64,000 bases of DNA, taken from the NCBI GenBank assembly GCA_048625195.1, contig JBMCRE010000004.1, positions 3,513 to 67,512 on the forward strand, read 5' to 3'. Under the pieces are notes generated by a model, which saw only the letters and a program-made list of their open reading frames with translations, searched no databases and was not told where the DNA came from. This document shows, piece by piece, positions 57,771 to 64,000 of this stretch (its first letter is position 1; every line of letters starts with the position of its first letter). A program made the position numbers and the translations under genes. The stretch is from Nanobdellota archaeon. Lineage in GTDB: Archaea > Nanobdellota > Nanobdellia > Woesearchaeales > UBA583.

Positions 57771-58487
57771 TTATTGTAAAAAATTAAATTTAGCAGGGAG
57801 TTTAATGAATTCTTCATATAAGCTTTGTTTATTTGTAAAATTAAGGTCTTCAATATAATTTCCTTGGTATTCTTCAAGTTTATAGTCTGGATTAGAGTTT
57901 TTATTTTTAATAAATCCGTTAATAGTTGAGTATATACTATTTCCATATCCTAATTTTAATGAATTAGGTTCTAAATTTGTTCTTTTTCCCATAAAATTGA
58001 TGCATATTAAATTTTTGTTTTTTGAAGTGTTTATTATAGTGAAAGTGTAATTCTTTGGTATTAACACAATATTATTATCTGAAACTTTTATGATTTTTAT
58101 AATTTTTTGACTATACTCTTCTATGCTTTCAAGGAGAACATATCCTTCTCCATGTAATATTTGTATAATATTATTTTTGCTGTTTTCTTTGTATGTTGTT
58201 TTAAAACTTGTAGTTTTGGAGTGTTCTCGACCTAATTGTTGTGGATAAACTATTAAAATATTTGACTTAATGTTTGAAAATGAAAAAAGTAATGTGTCAG
58301 ATTTGATTTTTAAATTCCAATAGATAGAGAAAGTTAAAGTTGAGTCAGTATTGATATCTAATAATTCTTGCTTGTAGTCTTTAGTGTAAAAGTTTTCTTT
58401 TTTTTCATATATAACTTTGTTTGTAAATTTTATAGGATTGCTTGACTTTAAAAGTTTTCTTTTATTTTGATTTAAAAAATTAAACAT
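57771..58487 (-). CDS. hypothetical protein, possibly cupin-like
   Basis: 238 aa. ILHGEGYVLLE...VLIPKNYTFTIINTS resembles cupin strands, but metal ligands are not evident. Confidence 0.35.
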   Translation of the reverse strand: MFNFLNQNKRKLLKSSNPIKFTNKVIYEKKENFYTKDYKQELLDINTDSTLTFSIYWNLKIKSDTLLFSFSNIKSNILIVYPQQLGREHSKTTSFKTTYKENSKNNIIQILHGEGYVLLESIEEYSQKIIKIIKVSDNNIVLIPKNYTFTIINTSKNKNLICINFMGKRTNLEPNSLKLGYGNSIYSTINGFIKNKNSNPDYKLEEYQGNYIEDLNFTNKQSLYEEFIKLPAKFNFLQ

Positions 58488-58621
58488 AAATAAATTATTT
58501 TTATTGATATAAAAAATATTGTTTGTAATTTATAAATGATAAATTTTTTTAAAATTGTATTTTTTTAGGTTCATATTTGTTCATTTATGAGTGATTACTT
58601 TAGAAAAGTTTATATATTTTT

Positions 58622-59815
58622 ATGTTTTATTTTATGAATATGGAAGCAGATAAATCTAAAATACTTTTATATAATGCAAATGGAGAGCCTTTAAGGTATT
58701 CTAATAAGCAATCTAAAGATAATCATTTAGATGATGTTAAAAAAAAATTAAAATCACAAATACCAGAAGATAAGATTGTTTTACCAAGTGCTTTGAAAAT
58801 GGTTGAAAAATTAAATAAAAACGTTTATGGACATTTTTATGCTAAGAAAAAACTTGCATTGGCCTTAAAGGGCGCAGAACAGAGAATCAATTTTCCTAAA
58901 ATAGGCATGGAAAAAAGTAATATGTTATTTTATGGTGATACAGGATGTGGAAAGAGTTGGTTGATTGAAAATTTAGCTAAAATCACAAATTTGCCTCTTA
59001 TTAAAGTAAATATGACAGGTATTTCTAGTACAGGGTATGTTGGTGGTTCTTTTGATGATGTTTTTGAAAAACTAATTGATAGAAATGATGCAAGTTTTGA
59101 TATGGATGAGTATTTAATGTTGTTAGAGGATGGAGAGATGGATGATATTCCTTTAAAACAAAATGCACCTTATGCAATTGTTCATATAGATGAAATAGAC
59201 AAAATTGCGAATAGAAGTTTTGGTAGTAATGGGTTTAATGAAGATTTACAAAATGAATTAATAGGTTATGTTGAGAATAGTGAGATTTTAAATGGACTTT
59301 TAAATACAAATAATATGACATTTATAGGTACTGGAAGATTTTATGGTTTAGAAGAGATTGTTTTAAGTAGGTTAAATAAAAAAAGTTCAATAGGATTTTC
59401 CTCAAATGTAAAGCAAAATGTTTCAAATTATAGTCAATCAGAGTTGTTTTCGTATGTACAACCAATAGATTTGATAAAATATGGTTTTAGACCAGAATTA
59501 GTTGGGAGGTTTCCAATATCATTTGGGATTAATTCGCTTAGTGTTGAAGATTTAGAAGGAATTTTAGATATAAAAACTTCCTATTTATCAAAAAAAAGGA
59601 AGATGTTTAAAGAAGCTTATGATATTAATTTAAGATTTACAAAAGCAGCTAAAAAACAGATTGCTCAATTTGCAAAACAGACATCGACTAATGCAAGAGG
59701 GTTAAAGTCTGCTATAGAAAATGTTTTAGAAGATTTTGAATTTCATGCTGCTGATTATAGAGGGAAAACTGTTGTGTTTGATAAAGATATTGAGAGTTTA
59801 TTATATAAGAAATAA
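58622..59815 (+). CDS. ClpX-family AAA+ ATPase lacking the N-terminal zinc-binding domain
   Basis: Walker A GDTGCGKS, pore loop STGYVGGS, Walker B IVHIDEIDKI, SIGFSS (IGF-loop-like), RPELVGRFPI, NARGLKSAIENVL. Colinear with ClpX. Confidence 0.8.
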   Translation: MFYFMNMEADKSKILLYNANGEPLRYSNKQSKDNHLDDVKKKLKSQIPEDKIVLPSALKMVEKLNKNVYGHFYAKKKLALALKGAEQRINFPKIGMEKSNMLFYGDTGCGKSWLIENLAKITNLPLIKVNMTGISSTGYVGGSFDDVFEKLIDRNDASFDMDEYLMLLEDGEMDDIPLKQNAPYAIVHIDEIDKIANRSFGSNGFNEDLQNELIGYVENSEILNGLLNTNNMTFIGTGRFYGLEEIVLSRLNKKSSIGFSSNVKQNVSNYSQSELFSYVQPIDLIKYGFRPELVGRFPISFGINSLSVEDLEGILDIKTSYLSKKRKMFKEAYDINLRFTKAAKKQIAQFAKQTSTNARGLKSAIENVLEDFEFHAADYRGKTVVFDKDIESLLYKK

Positions 59816-59863
59816 TTATTGTTATTGTTTATTTTTAAAAAAATAAAATTAAATTTGTTTTGT

Positions 59864-60103
59864 TTACATGTTTTTAATTGCATCTTGCATTATTGGTAAG
59901 ATTTTTTCAGCTTCTTCTTTTGTTAATCTTCCTAATTTTGCAAAAATATAATCATCTGCGTTAGTATTAAAATTTTTTCTTGATATTTGTAATTTTGGAG
60001 TGTTTTCGTTGTATGAAAATACGCCCACTGTGATTTTAGTGCCATCTATTTGTACTTCTTTTGAGAAGAGTTCTTTGTCTAAGCTTTTATCGAATCCTGC
60101 CAT
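59864..60103 (-). CDS. PC4/YdbC-like small ssDNA-binding protein
   Basis: 79 aa. ...ITVGVFSYNENTPKLQISRK...GRLTKEEAEKILP resembles bacterial YdbC/PC4-fold proteins (from memory). Confidence 0.5.
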   Translation of the reverse strand: MAGFDKSLDKELFSKEVQIDGTKITVGVFSYNENTPKLQISRKNFNTNADDYIFAKLGRLTKEEAEKILPIMQDAIKNM

Positions 60104-60192
60104 GTTATTATTTATGAAGTTTATTTTGTTTTTAAATGTTATCCTATAAGTTTGTATTATTTATCATTATTTTTTCGGATTTTTTTTAATAT

Positions 60193-62193
60193 TTAACAAA
60201 TATATCCATTATATTTTTTATCATCAGTTGTATTTTCTATTTGTTGATCGTTGTAATAAATTTTTCCATTTTTTGCAATAATTTTTACTTTTTTGAAATT
60301 GTTAATTTTTATAGTTTTTTTATTGTCTGCAGTTATATTTTTTGTTTTTATATTTTTTCCAATTTCTAAGGTTGTTGTTAATAATGAACAGTTGTTTGGA
60401 TAATTTTTATCTTCTACTGCAAGGATCATTCCTTGAGAGATTTCACCAGCTAGTTTTGCAGTTTTTAAATTTGTTAATACTATAACTTTTTTATTTTCTA
60501 AATCTTTTGATAAATATATTTCTTTTAATCCTGATAAAATTTGTCTTGGTTGATTTTCTCCTATATCTACTTTTAATTTATATAATTTATCTGAATTTTC
60601 TATTTGTTCTACTGAAATAATTTTTCCAGATTTTAAATTTAAACTTTCTAAACCTTCTTTTTTTTGTGGAATATTATTAGATTTAGGTTTTTCTAATTTA
60701 ATTTTTTGAAATAAATTTTCTTTTTCTCCTAGCTTATGATTATTTTTTATTTTTGTTATATTAGGAAAGTTTTGTTCTTTTTCAAAATTAAATTGTTCTC
60801 TTATTTTTTGAGCTTTTGTTGGCATGAAACAATCAATGTAATTTGCAAATGTTTTAATTGCAAAATTTAAAGTATTAATAATTGATGCTAATCTTTTTGT
60901 GTCTTGTTCTTTCCATGGAGTTACTTTGTTAATGTATGTATTTGTTTCTCTAATTGCTGTAAATAGTGTTTCAATTGCTTTATTGAATTGTAAATTTTGC
61001 ATTTTTTCATTGAATTTTTTAAAAATATTTAAACTATTAATTAATTTTATTTCTGATTCTTCTAACTTTTCTTGATTAGGTACATTGCCACTAAAATATT
61101 GATTTGTCATTGCATGAACTCTTGATACTAAGTTTCCCAAATCATTGTTTAATTCGTTGTTTATTTTTTCAATAAAAAGTTCTTTTGTGAAATTTTGATC
61201 TTCTCCAAATGAGCCTGAAGCTAAAACAAAAAATCTAAATTCATCTACACCATATTTTTTAACAATTTCTATAGGGTCAATTATATTTCCTATCGTTTTA
61301 CCCATTTTTTCACCGTTAACAGTCCACCATCCGTGTGCAAAAACTTTTTTAGGTATTTCATATCCAACACTCATTAAAAAAGCTGGCCAATATACTTTGT
61401 GAAACCACATTATATCTTTTCCTACTATGTGGATATTTGCAGGCCAGAAATTTTGTTTTTTATTAATTTCTAAAGTAGAGAGATAGTTGAAAAGTGCATC
61501 AAACCAAACATAGGTTGTATGATTTTTATCAAATGGAAGTTCAATTCCCCAATCTAAACTTTTTTTGTTTCTTGATATTGATATGTCTTCTAGGCCATCT
61601 TTTACTCTATTTATGGTTTCTTGTGCTTTTGATTTAGGTGATAAAAAATTTTCATTGTTTTTGTATAATTCAAGTAGTTTATTTTCGTATTTTGATAGTT
61701 TAAAAAAATAATTTTCTTCTTTAATTTGTGAAACTTTTTTTTTATGAATAGGACAAATTTTTTCATTAATTAATTCTTCTTTTTTATAGTATTGTTCACA
61801 GTCTATACAGTATAGTCCTTCATAAATTCCTTTGTATATATCTCCATTATCGTAGGATTTTTGAAGCATTTTTTGAACAAATTTTTTATGTTGTTGATTG
61901 GTTGTTCTTATGAAATAATCGTAGTCTATATTTAATATTTTTAATTGTTCTTTGAAATAAGGAATTAATGAATCTACAAATTCTTGAGGTTCCATATTGT
62001 TTTCTTTTGCTTTTTTTTGAATTTTTAATCCATGTTCATCTGTTCCTGTTGCAAAAAGAACTTCTTTTCCTATATTTTTATTCCATCTTGCAATTACATC
62101 AACTGCAATTGAAGTATATGCGTGTCCTAAATGTGGTTTTCCAGATGTGTAATATATTGGGGTTGTAACATAAAATTTATTTTCTTTATCCAT
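60193..62193 (-). CDS. metG: methionyl-tRNA synthetase with a C-terminal tRNA-binding (Trbp111/EMAPII-like) domain
   Basis: HIGH region PHLGHAYT. KMSKS variant GEKMGKTIGN. Zinc knuckle CIDCEQY...CPIH. C-terminal OB-fold segment GKIISVEQIENSDKLYKLKVDIG. Confidence 0.95.
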   Translation of the reverse strand: MDKENKFYVTTPIYYTSGKPHLGHAYTSIAVDVIARWNKNIGKEVLFATGTDEHGLKIQKKAKENNMEPQEFVDSLIPYFKEQLKILNIDYDYFIRTTNQQHKKFVQKMLQKSYDNGDIYKGIYEGLYCIDCEQYYKKEELINEKICPIHKKKVSQIKEENYFFKLSKYENKLLELYKNNENFLSPKSKAQETINRVKDGLEDISISRNKKSLDWGIELPFDKNHTTYVWFDALFNYLSTLEINKKQNFWPANIHIVGKDIMWFHKVYWPAFLMSVGYEIPKKVFAHGWWTVNGEKMGKTIGNIIDPIEIVKKYGVDEFRFFVLASGSFGEDQNFTKELFIEKINNELNNDLGNLVSRVHAMTNQYFSGNVPNQEKLEESEIKLINSLNIFKKFNEKMQNLQFNKAIETLFTAIRETNTYINKVTPWKEQDTKRLASIINTLNFAIKTFANYIDCFMPTKAQKIREQFNFEKEQNFPNITKIKNNHKLGEKENLFQKIKLEKPKSNNIPQKKEGLESLNLKSGKIISVEQIENSDKLYKLKVDIGENQPRQILSGLKEIYLSKDLENKKVIVLTNLKTAKLAGEISQGMILAVEDKNYPNNCSLLTTTLEIGKNIKTKNITADNKKTIKINNFKKVKIIAKNGKIYYNDQQIENTTDDKKYNGYIC

Positions 62194-62361
62194 AAATATT
62201 TGAAAAAAATATATGTTTATAAAATTAATTAAAATTGAGGTTTTGTTTATGATTTATAAAATGTAATTTAGATTATTGTATAAAGTATAAAATTCTAAAA
62301 TTTTATTGAAATTTATAATTTTTAAATATTTGATTTTATTATGGTAATTATTAATATGAAA

Positions 62362-62728
62362 TGTTTGGGAATGGGTTGATGCTATGGAAGATGGAACTGC
62401 TCTTGAAACTGGAAATACTTGTGGGGAAAATGGATGGCATAGTTACTTTGGTAATGATGGAGAATCAAAATGTAGTTTTGATCAAAGCAATCCTGCTTAT
62501 AGAAAAACAGGTGCATCTGATAGAAGATTTGAAATGGGTCCACTTGGAGATTATAATGCAAATCATGGTGTAGGAAGAATTTATAGTAGTACTTCTTCGG
62601 ATCGTGCTTTGCTTCGTGGTGGGGACTGGAACGATGGTGCCGCTGCTGGTGCGTTTTCTGTGGACTTGCACAGTGGTCCTTCGGCCTCGTACCCGTACTA
62701 TGGGTTTCGTTGCGTCTATGAGCCATGA
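62362..62728 (+). pseudogene. 5'-truncated FGE-sulfatase/SUMF1-like domain fragment inside a GC-rich island
   Basis: The frame reads *NVWEWVDAMEDG...RALLRGGDWNDGAAAGAFSVDLHSGPSASYPYYGFRCVYEP*. It begins right after a stop, inside the conserved (G)NVWEW motif. G+C is 35/60 at 62601-62660. Confidence 0.55.
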
Positions 62729-62795
62729 GCCAATGTGCCATGAGCTGGTAATCTTTATAGATTTGTGGCAAAGTGGCAAAAAAAAGTGTTTGAGA

Positions 62796-62814
62796 GCTTA
62801 GGGTTTGGAGTTTA
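62796..62814 (+). repeat. dispersed motif GCTTAGGGTTTGGAGTTTA (copy 2)
   Basis: Matches 54019-54036 with one extra G. Followed by T-runs. Confidence 0.6.
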
Positions 62815-63182
62815 GGGTTTTTTATTTTTTATTTTTAAGCATAACTTTATAAATTAATTAATCTATTTAATTTTTATAGTTGTTATACAGCTAAATATTT
62901 CTCAATTCAGGAATAAAATAAAATGGTTATTATGTTTTTAAAGATATTTTAATCATTTTTGCTTAGTTAATGTTATATTAATATATAAAAATTTAATTTA
63001 ATTATTATTATTATTACATTAATTTAATATTATATAATTAAAATATATGTTTAATAGATTTGATTAGAAAATAAAATAAAAATTTATGAAATATGATAAT
63101 TGTTTCTGTATTGGGTTGGTTTGATTAAAAAAAAATATAAAAATAAAATTAAAAAAAATATTTTATGTGATAATATAAAAAA

Positions 63183-64000
63183 ATGGTAAAGATTTTAGAT
63201 GAAATTCTTAAAGAACTTCCAGAAGATAAAATTACTTCTGTTGAGTTTGAAGCAGCGAATATTGTGATTTATACTAGTAATAAAGATTTTTTATTTAATG
63301 GAAGAAATATGATAAGAAAAATTGTTCAAAAATTCAAAAAAAGAATAGAATTGAGAGCAGATTTGTCTTTGTTATTAGATGAAAAAAGTACAAAAGAAGA
63401 AGTTGGTAAAATTTTAAAAGATGTTAAATTAGGAGATTTTAAATTTGATAGTGCAAGAAGTAAACTTGTTATTGAAGTTGATAATGTTGGTAGTGCTGTT
63501 GGAAGAGATGGTTCTAATTTAAAACAAATTCAAAAAAAAACAATGTGGTCTGTTGTTGTAAGGAGAATTCCTCCTATAAGAAGTCATGTTGTTGATGCTA
63601 TGAGGGCTGTTGAGTATCAAGAGTCAGAGTATAGAAGAAAATTTTTAAATAAAGTAGGAAAAAGAATTTATGGTGGATGGGTGAAAGGTAAAGTGAAAGG
63701 ATGGTCTCGAGTTACTGTTCTTGGAGCTGGAAATCAAATAGGAAGGTCAGCAATTTATTTGCAGACTAGCGAGTCAAGGGTCTTGTTTGATTGTGGTATT
63801 GATCCTGCAGTTCCTTTTGGTGATGTTGCAGAGTTTCCTTATTTAGATTCCCCTGATTTTAAACTTGAAGATGTAGATGCAATTGTTATTTCTCATGCTC
63901 ATATGGATCATTGTGGTTTGCTTCCTTATATTTATAAGTTAGGATATAAAGGACCAGTTTATGCAACGGATTGTACAAGAGATATTATGGCTCTTTCACA
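63183..64000 (+). CDS. aCPSF1 (KH-KH-MBL-beta-CASP ribonuclease / termination factor FttA-like), 5' part, runs off the window
   Basis: Manual translation from the ATG at 63183: MVKILDEILKELPEDKITSVEFEAANIVIYT... (KH region), then RVTVLGAGNQIGRSAIYLQTSESRVLFDCGI and ISHAHMDHCGLLPY. No stop before 64000. Confidence 0.85.
   Translation, partial: MVKILDEILKELPEDKITSVEFEAANIVIYTSNKDFLFNGRNMIRKIVQKFKKRIELRADLSLLLDEKSTKEEVGKILKDVKLGDFKFDSARSKLVIEVDNVGSAVGRDGSNLKQIQKKTMWSVVVRRIPPIRSHVVDAMRAVEYQESEYRRKFLNKVGKRIYGGWVKGKVKGWSRVTVLGAGNQIGRSAIYLQTSESRVLFDCGIDPAVPFGDVAEFPYLDSPDFKLEDVDAIVISHAHMDHCGLLPYIYKLGYKGPVYATDCTRDIMALS

Noticed and set aside
62382-62801. Four overlapping ORFs on both strands (62361-62573, 62382-62771, 62465-62779, 62604-62801)
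   Set aside because: All frames are open only because this island is GC-rich. Only the frame containing NVWEWV...GFRCV has recognisable protein signal.
62831-63182. Very AT-rich 350-bp region as a replication origin
   Set aside because: I could find no ORB-like inverted repeats or G-strings, and there is no adjacent orc1/cdc6. It is more simply the promoter region of the aCPSF1 gene.
1-64000. Alternative genetic code
   Set aside because: Long conserved genes (IleRS, MetRS, GatE, M16C) translate uninterrupted with the standard code and end at ordinary stops.

Overview
Low-GC archaeal chromosome segment. Background 60-nt stretches I counted by hand are about 20% G+C (for example 12/60 at 62881-62940). 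Gene content fits a reduced DPANN-type archaeon (Woese-, Pace- or Nanoarchaeota-like). The backbone is information processing: RpoN, uS2, the uL1-P0-P1 stalk operon, eS6, eL14, GatE, IleRS, MetRS, Kae1, a Dph6-like ligase, a compact PriS primase with a fused helix bundle, archaeal DnaG, aCPSF2-like (75-1373) and aCPSF1 (63183 to the window end), Rpp21, tRNA-Pro(UGG) and tRNA-Ser(CGA). An RNase P RNA absent from the ORF track lies at about 37136-37400 on the minus strand. Metabolism is sparse: malic enzyme, rubrerythrin, ferredoxin, a geranylgeranyl-reductase-like flavoprotein, NUDIX and HIT. Several genes look bacterial-type: an SLT lytic transglycosylase, a ClpX-like ATPase, GrpE, an M16C peptidase and a PC4/YdbC-like protein. 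The most unusual part is an accessory block of about 10 kb (40.2-49.7 kb) between eL14 and Rpp21. It encodes only secreted or membrane-anchored proteins of unknown family. These are a Cys/Tyr-rich small peptide, a tightly coupled operon of sequon-rich surface proteins with C-terminal anchors, a 32-bp tandem repeat array, and a TPR-rhomboid / Cys-repeat protein / 454-aa protein operon. This block is my best candidate for an undescribed envelope or host-interaction system. Other notable items: two related 23-bp palindromes upstream of a 1105-aa DUF2341 surface protein; a frameshifted Nre-like gene with an intact PIP box; decayed HsdR and HEPN-like remnants; and a GC-rich island of about 460 bp carrying a 5'-truncated FGE/SUMF1-like fragment. 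No CRISPR array, rRNA, integrase or transposase was seen. All family calls rest on motif recognition by eye, with no searches run.
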